Shown piece by piece: positions 47,203-60,013 of a stretch of 64,000 bases of DNA (its first letter is position 1; each line of letters begins with the position of its first letter). The notes under the pieces were generated by a model. That model saw only the letters and a program-made list of their open reading frames with translations. It did no database searches and was not told the DNA's origin. A program made the position numbers and the translations under genes. This DNA comes from Octopus bimaculoides (taxonomy: Eukaryota), in assembly GCF_001194135.2 (NCBI RefSeq), contig NC_068995.1:10564632-10628631 (forward strand). Reading direction: 5' to 3'.

Positions 47203-47886
47203 ATTCGACTTGCTAGAAATGACAGATAAATTTTTCCTCAAACTACGTTTTGTTGTTTTAAAACAAACCATATACACACACACATTGGATAATGTGATCC
47301 GCTGTACACAATACCAGAAAATAATTTTAAAAAGTATATAATGCAGACAGTTAAGTCTCTCTTCAAACAATATTCTATCAATTTAAAACAAAACGTACAC
47401 ATACTAGATAATGTGATCCGCTGTACACTATGCCAGAAAATAATCTTAAAAAGTAAGCTTAATTGGGAGGCCTCTCATGTCCATTCAACCGGCCACAAAG
47501 AGCAGCTACGTCCCTGTCATTAAAAAATCCTTCGCACTGGATAATGTGATCCGCGGTACACTGTGCCATAAGATTCAAGCTTAACCGGGAAGCCTAGTCT
47601 CGTATTGTCCGTGCGACCTGCTACACATAGCAGCTAAATCTCACCTCAAATTACTTCCTACCGTCTTAAAAACATATACACATTGGATAATGAGATCCGC
47701 TGTCCATTGTGCCCAAAAAGTAAATTTAAAGATTATAACAAGCAAGCTTAACTGCAAAACTTCTTATGGTGTCCATTCGAACTGCTACAAATAGCAGCTA
47801 ACTCGCCCCAATATACGTCCTGGTCTTTAAAAAAATCCCACACATTGAGATAATGTGATTTGCAATACACTATGCCAGGAAAATAG
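47203..47886. repeat. Tandem array of 5 diverged 120-165 bp units
   Basis: Core gataatgtgatccgctgtacac at 47288, 47407, 47540, 47686 and 47849. Confidence 0.85.
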
Positions 47887-47889
47887 ACA

Positions 47890-48600
47890 GGGTTTATCAG
47901 CAGTTCAAAATGGGACAGCTGAATTTAGGAGAGGAAGGGAGAGTTTTGTAGATGACCCAATGTCTGGACGTACTGCAACTGCCACCGCCAAGGTAAACAC
48001 TGATCGTGTTCACTACATGGTGATGGATGACAGGTGATTAACTATAAATCAAATAGCCATAGTTATAAGCATATCGCGTGAAAGAGTTGAGAATATTCTG
48101 CACAATGAATTTCACATGATAGACGCTTGTGTTCTGTGGATGCCCCGTCTTCGGACAACTGATCGAAAGCGCATCAGGTTGATTACATCACAGGGAAATC
48201 TGACATTGTTTGAGGCAGATCCAGCAGGTTTCCTAACCCACTCCGATCCTGAAACAAAGAGACAATCCATGCAATGGAAATACCCCTCATCACCTGCTCC
48301 GAAGAAGGCCAAGGTCGTTTCATTTGCAGGGAAGACGAAGGCCTCAAATTTTGGGAAGAAAAAGAAATTTTGTTTATTGAATATCTTCAAAAGGGCCACA
48401 CCACCAATGGAGAATACTGTCCCAGCTTGTTTAAGCAGTTACGAAAGGCTATCAAGACTAAACACCCAGGAAAACAGACGAAAAGGGTCTTGTTTCATCA
48501 GGACAATGCTCCAGCACACAAGTCCTTGATTTCAATGGACGTTGTGCGTGTCTTTGCTTTGAACTGGTTGGTCACCCTCCCTACTCTTCTGAATATATGA
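47890..48600 (+). mobile_element. Degenerate mariner transposase
   Basis: FRRGRESFVDDPMSGR, LWMPRL, DPETKRQSMQWK, KGHTTNGEY, VLFHQDNAPAHKS. Confidence 0.9.
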
Positions 48601-49968
48601 AGTTAATTGTTATGGCCGGTCATAGAATGAGCATTGGTTTTGCACCTATAAAGCACCGTGTGCATGAGAGAATACCAAGCTGGTGTGGTCGTATGATGCA
48701 TATGGGTGAGGTTGTTTTTGTTGGCTCTCCGTCACTTACGACGTCGAGGGTTCCAGTTGATCCGATCAACGGAACAGCCTGCTCGTGAAATTAACGTGCA
48801 AGTGGCTGAGCACTCCACAGACACGTGTACCCTTAACGTAGTTCTCGGGAATATTCAGCGTGACACAGAGTGTGACAAGGCTGACCCTTTGAATTACAGG
48901 CACAACAGAAACAGGAAGTAAGAGTGAGAGAAAGTTGTGGTGAAAGAGTACAGCAGGGTTCGCCACCANNNNNNNNNNNNNNNNNNNNNNNNNNNNNNNN
49001 NNNNNNNNNNNNNNNNNNNNNNNNNNNNNNNNNNNNNNNNNNNNNNNNNNNNNNNNNNNNNNNNNNNNNNNNNNNNNNNNNNNNNNNNNNNNNNNNNNNN
49101 NNNNNNNNNNNNNNNNNNNNNNNNNNNNNNNNNNNNNNNNNNNNNNNNNNNNNNNNNNNNNNNNNNNNNNNNNNNNNNNNNNNNNNNNNNNNNNNNNNNN
49201 NNNNNNNNNNNNNNNNNNNNNNNNNNNNNNNNNNNNNNNNNNNNNNNNNNNNNNNNNNNNNNNNNNNNNNNNNNNNNNNNNNNNNNNNNNNNNNNNNNNN
49301 NNNNNNNNNNNNNNNNNNNNNNNNNNNNNNNNNNNNNNNNNNNNNNNNNNNNNNNNNNNNNNNNNNNNNNNNNNNNNNNNNNNNNNNNNNNNNNNNNNNN
49401 NNNNNNNNNNNNNNNNNNNNNNNNNNNNNNNNNNNNNNNNNNNNNNNNNNNNNNNNNNNNNNNNNNNNNNNNNNNNNNNNNNNNNNNNNNNNNNNNNNNN
49501 NNNNNNNNNNNNNNNNNNNNNNNNNNNNNNNNNNNNNNNNNNNNNNNNNNNNNNNNNNNNNNNNNNNNNNNNNNNNNNNNNNNNNNNNNNNNNNNNNNNN
49601 NNNNNNNNNNNNNNNNNNNNNNNNNNNNNNNNNNNNNNNNNNNNNNNNNNNNNNNNNNNNNNNNNNNNNNNNNNNNNNNNNNNNNNNNNNNNNNNNNNNN
49701 NNNNNNNNNNNNNNNNNNNNNNNNNNNNNNNNNNNNNNNNNNNNNNNNNNNNNNNNNNNNNNNNNNNNNNNNNNNNNNNNNNNNNNNNNNNNNNNNNNNN
49801 NNNNNNAAACACAGACACACACATATATATATATATACGACGGGCTTCTTTCAGTTTCCGTCTACCGAATCCACTCACAAGGCTTTGGTCGGCCCGAGGC
49901 TATTGTAGAAGACACTTGCCTAAGGTGTCACGCAGTGGGACTGAACCCAGAACCATGTGGTTGGTTAA

Positions 49969-50106
49969 CACTCGCACGATTTTCACTAGGGTGTTAGAGT
50001 TAGGGTTAATTTAGGCTTAGGCTTAGGGTTTAGGGTTACGGTTACGGTTTTAGGGTTAGGGTTAGGGAATTCCATCCCTAACACCCTAGTGAAGATCGTG
50101 CGGGTG
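49969..50106. mobile_element. TTAA-flanked MITE with 31-bp TIRs enclosing degenerate (TTAGGG)n
   Basis: TIRs match at 28/31 positions; TTAA at 49965-49968 and 50107-50110. Confidence 0.8.
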
Positions 50107-51341
50107 TTAATCTGAAAATTTACCCAAAACTTTGCACGGGGCTGAATCAAGCTGCTTTAAATAACATAGCAAATTAGCTGGGTGTTAAATAACCACCTAA
50201 AGGATTAAAATAATTAAATTGAATTGAATTTATCATTAAATAATTAAATTATTTAATTGTTCAATTATTATTGTTGTTTTGGTTTCCATTTCTGCTTTAT
50301 GTATGTATGTATAATACATTGTTTGTTTTTATGTACAGTTATAATAAAAGCAATTTTGTGCTAATCCGATGGGTTACTCTATATTTTTGTGGAGTAAAGG
50401 AAAAGTTCCCAAATTTATTATTCTTATACAAGAATGCTATTTACAGTACCTGCACAGCAACAACAACAAGCAAATAAATGTATTGTAATGTGACATCTTC
50501 GTCCACTTATATGCTATTGTCGCCATTATTTTTGACTCGTCTATCGTGCTATCGCCGACACCTCCGCAAGACAATGACTTTGAAACGTCTACCTTGACGG
50601 TAATTCGAACTCGTATATATCACGTAACTGACACTGACTCCAACGACTCAACTGCTATCGATCTTCTACGACTGACTGACTGACTTTATAGTGGCTGAAC
50701 GAGTCCGGAATTAGTTTGTCACGTGGGAAGGGGGGAGTATCATTTTCACTACAACACAATGGACTAGCTTAAACTACCTACATTCTTTTGTGGGGAAAAA
50801 AAAAAGATGGCACACCCAGTGACTAAGGGCTTAGATATTGTCAAACCGCATAGGTAAATTGAATAATATTGAAAGCAGCAAAAATACTGTTACACCGTGT
50901 GCCTACCTAACAAAAGAAAAACGTCTGCAGGTCTGTTTACAAAGGTGTACATGCATGAATAAATTCTAAACAACATAACCCCAAACTTAATCAATATAAA
51001 TTTTTCCCGTACACTTTTCCATTACAGTCCAAATTAAAAACCTAATTACCAACCCACTCAAACTTACACACCCAAAGATAATTTTAACACAACAGAGAAT
51101 ATATAAAGGTAATACTAACTCTAATGCATCGCAGTTTGACGATGTCATAGCTGACCGAAACTTCAGTCTGTCAACATTCTTTTATGATGTGTGTGTGTAT
51201 TAAAGATTAACAACAGATGTTATGTAATTACCTTCATTAGCTTACTAAGAAGCAATGACATTAGTGTGAGTGCATGAACCATAGCTTCTGTGTAGCTATC
51301 AAAACAAAGAATATGTTTATTTCGGAAAGCAGTTAAATATA

Positions 51342-52202
51342 CAGGGTGCGGTGAATATATTGTCTAAATTACGCAAAGATGAAAATAACAGTGACGTCTC
51401 ATTTTAACAGATATATTTACCAAAATTACATAAAAATATCTTGAAATACTAAAGAGTAAATTCATTCAATAAAACAGCCATTGGCTTCAACCACAGCCAC
51501 CAAACAACTTCGGAATCTCCTGCAACTCTTCTGGAAGGTCTCCTTGTTTAGGTTGGTGAATGCTGCCATAATCTTTGTCTTCAGTTAATCTTTGCTGTTG
51601 TTACAAGGAGCTTTGGCTCGACCAATTGCGCCCCACACATAATAATTAAGGGGGTTGCAGTCTGGGGAGTTAGGTGGCCAGATGTTAAGGGTGATGTGGT
51701 TACAGAAATTGTATAACAGCCATGACTGGGTTCTCCTGCTTGTGTGGCTTGGTGCAGATTCCTGTTGCCAGACATAGGGTCTTCCAGCAGCCACCCTCTT
51801 GACCCAGGGCAGCACCACCTCCTCCAAGCACTTGATGTAAGCCTCCATGCTGGGAAGATGGAGGCATAACGTTGCCATCACTAGTGATTATTCCAAACTA
51901 TGATGTTGACAGGATGTTTGATTTTTATCACTCTCAGTACATGTTTTGGGGACATGGCAAACCAACGGTTGTTCTGTGTTCACCATCTGTTCGTATTGGC
52001 GCTTCTGGCGCGAATGCCAAACAGTACAGCATATCGTTTCCAAATTTCTTGTAGAGTGAATTGCCTCATGATGCTGTTTTTCTCACAGACGGTGCCCAAT
52101 TGACCCTACTATACTGTGTAGTCGACAAAATGAAAAACAAACAATGCACGTGCACGCGAAATTAAAAACATAAAATGATGATAATTTACCTATCAAACCC
52201 TG
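51342..52202 (-). mobile_element. Internally deleted Tc1/mariner element, DD37D (maT-like)
   Basis: TA|CAGGGT...ACCCTG|TA termini; YVWQQESAPSH...WPPNSPDCNPLNYYVWG has 37 residues between the last two catalytic positions. Confidence 0.85.
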
Positions 52203-52330
52203 TATATGTATAAATTGAAAATCAGAGAAAACTGTGAAATTGGTTAAGTCTTTAAAAATTTGAAAAAGGAAATCTAAATGAATCCCAGTGCATTTCCAAC
52301 TTCTTTTTTCTATATTTCTACTCATGCAGA

Positions 52331-52907
52331 GTGGAGGTGCAATGGCCCAGTGGTTAGGGCAACAGACTCGCGGTTTCAGTTCCCAGACCAGGCGTTGTGA
52401 GTGTTTATTGAGTAAAAACACCTAAAGCTCCACGAGGCTCTGGCAGGGGATGGTGGCGAACCCTGCTGTACTCTTCCACCACAACTTTCTCTCACTCTTA
52501 CTTCCTGTTTCTGTTGTACCTGTAATTCAANNNNNNNNNNTGGAGGTGCAATGGCCCAGTGGTTAGGGCAACAGACTCGCGGTTTCAGTTCCCAGACCAG
52601 GCGTTGTGAGTGTTTATTGAGTAAAAACACCTAAAGCTCCACGAGGCTCTGGCAGGGGATGGTGGCGAACCCTGCTGTACTCTTCCACCACAACTTTCTC
52701 TCACTCTTACTTCCTGTTTCTGTTGTACCTGTAATTCAAAGGGTCAGCCTTGTCACACTGTGTCACGCTGAATATCCCCGAGAACTACGTTAAGGGTACA
52801 CGTGTCTGTGGAGTGCTCAGCCACTTGCACGTTAATTTCACGAGCAGGCTGTTCCGTTGATCGGATCAACTGGAACCCTCGACGTCGTAAGCGACGGAGT
52901 CCCAACA
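52331..52907 (+). mobile_element. SINE family A (5' ~200 bp duplicated across a 10-N gap)
   Basis: A single TSD actcatgcaga flanks the whole region. Confidence 0.88.
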
Positions 52908-53567
52908 ACTCATGCAGAATAAAATAACATTGTTTTCAATATATGCCTCTTTGTTACCAGTATCAGCGCTGCAGACCGTACCTCTGTCTTTCATAATGGT
53001 ATGTTTTTCATCAATGAATCTTGTTTCACACTGATATACATCTTTCCTTGTTTATCACGTGAGTTTGGTTCCAAATCATGTTAAATAGATCAGTGATAAA
53101 TGAATAATAGATCGTATGGGAAAAACAGATTTCATTCCAAGACCCCCAAATTTTTCTGAACATTGTTGATGGTCGCTGCATTGTGATTTTATGGTTTAAA
53201 TAATGAGTATATGCAGATATACATATATATAAAACTCCGTTGGTTACGGCAACAAGGCTTCCTGCTGTTCCAATCAACAGAACAGTATGCTCATGAAATT
53301 AATGTGCAAGAGGCTGAGCATTCCACAAATACGTGTACCATTAATGTAACTCTCAGGGAGATCCAGTGTGATAGAGAATGGGAGCAGGTTGGCCCTTTGA
53401 AATACAGGTAAAAGTAATTTTTGTCGGCTGAGGGGACTGGAGGAATGTAGAAATAAAGTGCGTCACACAAGGACACAACGCACAGCCAGGAATTGAACTC
53501 ATGACTCATGGGGCAAATACTGTAATGACTAAGCCACAAGCCTGCACACTATATACACACACACACA

Positions 53568-53725
53568 CAGGAATGGCTGTGTGGTAAGTAACTTGATTAC
53601 CAACCACATGGTTCCGGGTTCAGTCCCACTGCATGGCACCTTTGGCATGTGTCTTCTACTATAGCCTCAGGCCGACCAAAGCCTTGTGAGCGGATTTGGT
53701 AGATGGAAACTGAAAGCAGCCTATC

Positions 53726-53757
<32 letters not shown>

Positions 53758-53970
53758 GTGTGTGCATATGTTTGTGTGTCTGTGTCTGTTCCCCCAACAT
53801 CGCTTGACAACCAATGCTGGTGTGTTTACGTCCCCGTAACTTAGCGGTTCAGCAAAAGACACAGATAGAATGAGTACTAGGCTTAAAAAGAGTGAGTCCT
53901 GGGGTCAAATTGTTCGACTAAAGGTGGTGCTCCAGCATGGCTGCAGTCAAATGACCGAAGCAAATAAAAT
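53568..53970 (+). mobile_element. SINE family B
   Basis: Full-length match to the family. Confidence 0.9.
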
Positions 53971-54030
53971 AAAAGAAAATATTGCACCAGCATGACCGCA
54001 GCCACTTGGCTGAAACAAATAAATAAATAA

Positions 54031-54076
<46 letters not shown>

Positions 54077-54624
54077 GCACGCACATGTACATACATACAC
54101 ACATATATAGAATAAAAAATATAACATAAATCAAGTAAAAAATAAAAGCACAACACTTGGCAGTGAGAGGATTGTAGAAGAAGAATATAAAAACAACAGT
54201 AGTCGTAGAATTGCAATGAAATTTTAAAGAGGAATTCTTTGAAATATTTTGTTTTTTTACAATTTTGGTTTACAAAGTTTTTTGTCTGTTTTTCTTGTTT
54301 TTTTTTTCTTTCTTTTCTTCTCAAAGCAAAACAATGCAAATTTTTTCATAAAAAAAAATGAAAGATGTATTAATAAAAAAAATGACACTGATTTCTAAGA
54401 CAGGCACAAAACAATTTGGCCACAAATTCTTGGAGGTAAAGTACAAATCAATTAAATTGACTTCTTGTACTTCATTTTACTGAATTTTTTGGAAGAATGA
54501 TGAAATGCTAAATTGACCCCAGGAGGGTAGGATTTCAATTGAGAACATGAATAAAACAATGTAATTGAATTCTACAATGCATTTTTAGTTACTGCCTTAC
54601 TGATCCTGCTTACCACAACAACAA

Positions 54625-56290
54625 CAATAATAATAATAATCCTTTCTACTAAAGGCACAGGGCCTGAAATTTTGGGGGCTGGGACTAGTCGTTTTACATT
54701 GACCCCCCCAGTAGGATTTGAACTCAGAATGTACACAACTGGAACAAATACCACATAATTTTTTTATAATGCTCTACTGGTTCTGCCAGTTCACACTAAT
54801 AATACTGATGGTTGCTAAGATAGATTCAAGGCCAGAAATTGAGCCGAGGTGAAGGTCAGCTGGTTAAACCAACCCCAGATCTTGACTAGTGTTTATTTTA
54901 TAATAGCCCATCCACATTTAGAATGAAAAGCAAAGATGTCCTTGGCAAGAATTGAACTTGGAACATAATTGGACAGTTCAATGGCAGAATGTATTTATTG
55001 CATCACTTCCCATTCTAGACAGTATAGAAAGAATTTTCTAACATAGGCACAAGGCTTGAAATTTGGGAAAGAAGATTAGTTGACAGTATACCAAACCCCT
55101 CCATGTGTGAGAGGTACATTATTTTATCATAAAATAAAATGAAATTTTATTCATAAACACCAGTATATGTGACTAGTATTATAAACAAAGTACAGTTACA
55201 TACACCAGTAGGTGACTGGTACTTTATTTCACTTCGAAAGGGTGAAAGGTAAAATTGGCCTTGGCAAGATTTGATCTCAGATCATAAAGGGCCAAAGAAT
55301 TATGTCAGACACTCTCTAACGATTTTGCCAATCTATTGCCCTTGTAGCAATAATAATTATTTCTAAATTAGGTACAAAGCCTGAAATTTGAGTTAGGGTA
55401 AGGGTTAGTCAATGAAGTCAGCTAGTACTTGCTAGTATTTGCCTGTTACTTTATAGACACCAAAATGGGCCTGGTTCTCTGTCAGTTACGATGAGTGAGT
55501 GTCCTAGTTGGTCTGATCAACAGAGCAGCCAGCTCATGAAATTAACATACAAGTGGCTGAGCACTCCACAAACACGTGTACCCTTAATTTAGTTCTCAGG
55601 GAGATTCAGCGTGACACAGGATGTGGCTAAGCAGACCCTTTGAATTTACAGGTACAACCCCACTTTTGCCAGCTGAATGGACTGGAGCAACGTGAAATAA
55701 ATTATCTTGCTCAAGGATGCAATGTGCTGCAGGGAATCGAACTCACAATCATACAGTTGTGAGCCAAATACCATAACCACTTGGCTACACACCTTCATGG
55801 CCCCAAAATGATAAAAGACGAAGTTGACCTCAGCAAGATTTGAACCCTGGACATAGAGAACCAGAGCAAATACTGCAACAAATACTATTCTGATCTGAAC
55901 AATTTTCCCAATTCACTGAAAATGATAACAACTACAGGGACCCATGAACATCCCGCATTTTATAAAAAAATTCCTATTTCTGTTTTGATGCATAAATAGA
56001 TCTTCATAACATCATTTCATTAAGCTAAAGATTTCGAATATATCTTGGATTTCATTCCATAGTTAAGATTGTTTAAAGCATAACACCTGAACATATATGA
56101 CCAGCAGAATATCATAGAGGGACTGGGTTTATTTTATTTTTTTGTTTTATTTTTTAAATGTGACTAGGAACAAAATCAGCTTGTGTTAATGACAATAATC
56201 ATCATCATCATCATCATTGACATCATTAAACATCCGCTTTCCATGACTGGAACTGGTAAACCGGAAAGCTGCACCAGGTTCCAGTCTGCC

Positions 56291-56323
<33 letters not shown>

Positions 56324-57980
56324 CCTTTCTACTATAGCACAAGGCTCAAAATTTTGGAGAGAAGGGACTAGTTGATTACATGAGCCCCAGTGCTTGACTA
56401 GTTCTTATTTTATCAACCCTGAAAGGAGGAAAAGCAAACTGACCTCAGCAGAATTTGAACTCAGACTGTAAACACAAACAAAATGCCACTAAGCATTTTC
56501 TGCAATGTGCTAATAGTTCTGCCCAACACCTTTGTAATAATAATAATGCCTTCTATTGTAGGAACAAGGCTTAGAATTTGGTGGGAGAGGACTAGCTGAT
56601 TACATCAACCCCAGCGCTTGACTGACACTTATTTTAACGACCCCACCCCCACAAAAGGGTGACTAGCAAAGTTGACCATGGTAATAATGCTCCTACTAAT
56701 AATGGTGGGCATTTTTTTTCCTAAGCAGATATGAAGCCAGATAATTTTTATACAGCAAGTCTTATATATGCCAAGTAAAATAAAACCCCAGTATATTACT
56801 GGTTGAACTACTTTATCAATACTTCTCTCTCATTCTCTCTGTCTAGAAATCTCTACTATGTGGACCCTTCCTTCGCTTGATATAAATACTACAACAACGA
56901 AATATCTTTCATATCACATTTTATCATCTTGAAGACAGAAAAAAATAAAAAGTAAAAGAAGGAAGGATGCATTGAATTATGTAGCTCTAGGTAGACTGGT
57001 TGGCACTCTGTCGGTTATGACGACGAGGGTTCCAGTTGATCCGATCAATGGAACAGCCTGCTCGTGAAATTAACGTACAAGTGGCTGAGCACTCCACAGA
57101 CACGTGTACCCTTAACGTAGTTCTCGGGGATATTCAGCGTGACAAGGCTGACCCTTCGAAATACAGGTACAACAGAAATAGGAAGAAAGAGTGAGAGAAA
57201 GTTGTGGTGAAAGAGTACAGCAGGGTTCGCCACCATCCCCTGCCGGAGCCTCGTGGAGCTTTAGGTGTTTTTACTCAATAAACACTCACAACGCCCGGTC
57301 TGGGAATTGAAACCACGATCCTACGACCGCGAATCCGCTGCCCTAATCACTGGGCCATTGTGCCTCCACTCTAGGTAGACTATGCTTGAAATATAAGAGA
57401 GGATGGTCACAGTTTAAATGCCTTTGATTATAAGAATAACTGATGAGAGTTGATATGAGAGATGTTATATGGTTCATTAACCAGCTACAAGCAGCAATCA
57501 AACCTTCCTGAAATCACACCCTGCCGTCTTACAAAAAGAAGGACATTGAACATAGTAGTACTAGAAATACAAAAAGATGGGATACTCTTAGCTGGGAAAC
57601 CTATGATTATAGGTGCGTTAAATCAGGGTTGATCAGGAGCTTGAAAATGTTCTTTTTTTCTCTGACAGTGAAATAAAAAGCCAACTAGACCTTGGAAGGA
57701 TTTGAACTCAGAAATGGGAAAACATTTTGTCCAGCACTCTACTATGTCTGCCACACGTCTCTTTACTTACAGCAATTATGAAAATAATTCTTTCTACTAT
57801 AAGTAAAATTTTGTGGAGAGAGGCTAGTCGATTACATCAACCCCAGGGAAATTTGAACTCAGGATGTGAAGCCAGAAAAAATGTGCTAAGCATTTTTGTC
57901 TGACGAACTAATGAATCTGTCAGCTCACTGCTTTAACAACAATTATAATAAAAGTATGAGAAATGATTACGATAACAGGA

Positions 57981-58017
<37 letters not shown>

Positions 58018-58423
58018 CAAGGATTTCTAAGACAGGATCAAAACCAAAAATGTGGTGGGAACTGAGATGTAGTGGAGTTAATCCACTCTAATACTTGACT
58101 GGTAATCTACTTTATTGAATCCAAAAGAATGAAAGGAAAAATTAAGTTTGGCAGGATCTGAATACAGGATGTTAAGAGCTGGAAAAATAATAATAATAAT
58201 AATAAAAATAATAATAATCCTTTCTACTATAGGCACAAGGCCTGAAATTTTGTGGGAGGGGACTAGTCGATTACATCAACCCCAGTGTTTCATTGGTATT
58301 TAATTTAATTTATTGACCCCGAAAGTATGAAAGGCAAAGTTGACTCCAGCAGAATTTGAACTCGGAAAATAAAGATAGGCATTTTGTCTGGCATGCTAAC
58401 AATTCAGCCAGCTTGCTGCCTTA

Positions 58424-58454
<31 letters not shown>

Positions 58455-59640
58455 TAGCAACAATAATAATTCTCTCTATTATAGATACAAGTCCTGTTTG
58501 GAGAGGGTTAGGGTTAGAGGAGAGGGGGTAAGTCGATTACATCAACCCCAGTGATCAACTGATACTTATTTTATTAACCTCCAAAAGGATGAAAGGCAAA
58601 GTCGACCCTGGCGAAATTTGAACGGAAAGATGGACAAAATGCCACTAAGCATTTGCCTGACTCTTCTAGCTCACTATCATAATAATAATAATTATTATTA
58701 TTATTTCTTTATTGCCCACAGGGGGTTAAACGGAGAGGGGACAAACAAGGACAGACAAGGGGATTAAGTCGATTACATCGACCCCCCAGTGATTAACTGG
58801 TACTTATTTAATCGATCCCGAAAGGATGAAAGACAAAATTGACAATAATAATGCAATAATACAATAATAATGTTGTATGAATGAAATGATGTGGTATGAC
58901 TATAAAAAAAAAGAAAATTTATACACAGCTGCTACATCAACAGACTTTCCCAAGAGCATAAAATGTTGGCATATTCTACAAAAGTAGCAATATTAAGGTC
59001 TGTAAAGGTTGGTAATGGCTAAAAAGCAGTTTTTAGAAAAAAAACAGAAAACCATCCCAATATTTATAAGTGTGTCTCCTGAGATGCACAACACTGTTTC
59101 TAATGCAAAAAAAAAAAAAAAAAAGCACAAAAAAACCTCTGGATGAATGCCTTAGATTCACATATACAAGAATAACAATGATTCGTTACGAAAAGGTACA
59201 AGACTAGAAAATTTGATGACTGGGAGAGGAGATGGTCAGTCATATCAAACCACAGTATATGACTGGTATTTTATATAACTGACATTGGGAAAATGAAAGG
59301 CAGAGTTGATCTTGGCAGGATTTGAACTTGGAACATAAAGTGCTACAGCTAAATGTTGCAAGGTATTTTGTCTGATGCTCCACCAATTCGGCGAATAATA
59401 GTAATAATAATGATTTCAAATTTCTGCCACAAGGGCAGCTTAGAGGAGGGGATAAAGTCGATTACATCATCCCCAGTGCATAACTGGTACTTAATTTATC
59501 GACCCCCCCCCCAAAGGATGAAAGGTAAAGTCTACCATGGTGGAATTTGAACTCAAATTGGAGCAACGGGCAAAATACTGCCAAGCATTTGATCCAGCGT
59601 ACTAAAGATTCTGCCAGTTTGCTGCCTTAGTAATAATAAT
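54625..59640 (-). mobile_element. Cluster of about 14 head-to-tail tRNA-derived SINE family D copies with (ATT)n tails, interspersed with family A copies
   Basis: Repeated aataatcctttctact..ggcacaaggcctgaaatt...gatgaaaggcaaagtcgacc...gaatttgaactc. The central domain resembles the Meta-type SINE domain (recalled, unverified). Confidence 0.85.
56998..57368 (-). mobile_element. SINE family A, full length
   Basis: 13-bp TSD ctctaggtagact. Confidence 0.92.
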
Positions 59641-59756
59641 AATAATAATAATAATAATGGTTGAGAAATGAATTGCACTTTTATACAAAATAGCAGAGTT
59701 CAAAAAGAACATAAAAAAAAAAAAAGCAGTCTGTTCATGTTGCATGTGATGGTAAG

Positions 59757-59833
59757 CTACCGAACTGTGGCATCGTGTTCAGTGGAATATAGTCCAAGAT
59801 GTACACCTGAGATAATGGTATCTGGAAGCAACG
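59757..59833 (-). CDS. Probable downstream or terminal exon of the unidentified gene; frame unresolved (LLPDTIISGVHLGLYSTEHDATVR* or RCFQIPLSQVYILDYIPLNTMPQF...)
   Basis: Very strong acceptor ttttcttcttttcttcag in unique sequence. The preceding exon(s) probably lie in the 60755-61547 gap. Confidence 0.5.
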
Positions 59834-59967
59834 CTGAAGAAAAGAAGAAAATAATATTAGAAATAGACATATATATATCTGTATTCCCGAGCGTCAAACT
59901 AATACATCCTTTTGTTGTTTACACCACCTGTCCTCGTCTGTTGTTGTTTTTTTTTCGTACATTCTCC

Positions 59968-60013
<46 letters not shown>

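Noticed and set aside
47203-47886. CRISPR-like repeat-spacer pattern
   Set aside because: Eukaryotic DNA, spacers of 100-140 bp that are homologous to each other, and no cas genes.
52332-52739. Apparent tandem duplication of a SINE 5' half
   Set aside because: The two copies are identical, separated by exactly 10 N and enclosed by one TSD, so this is a contig-overlap artefact. The same applies to 27960-28035.
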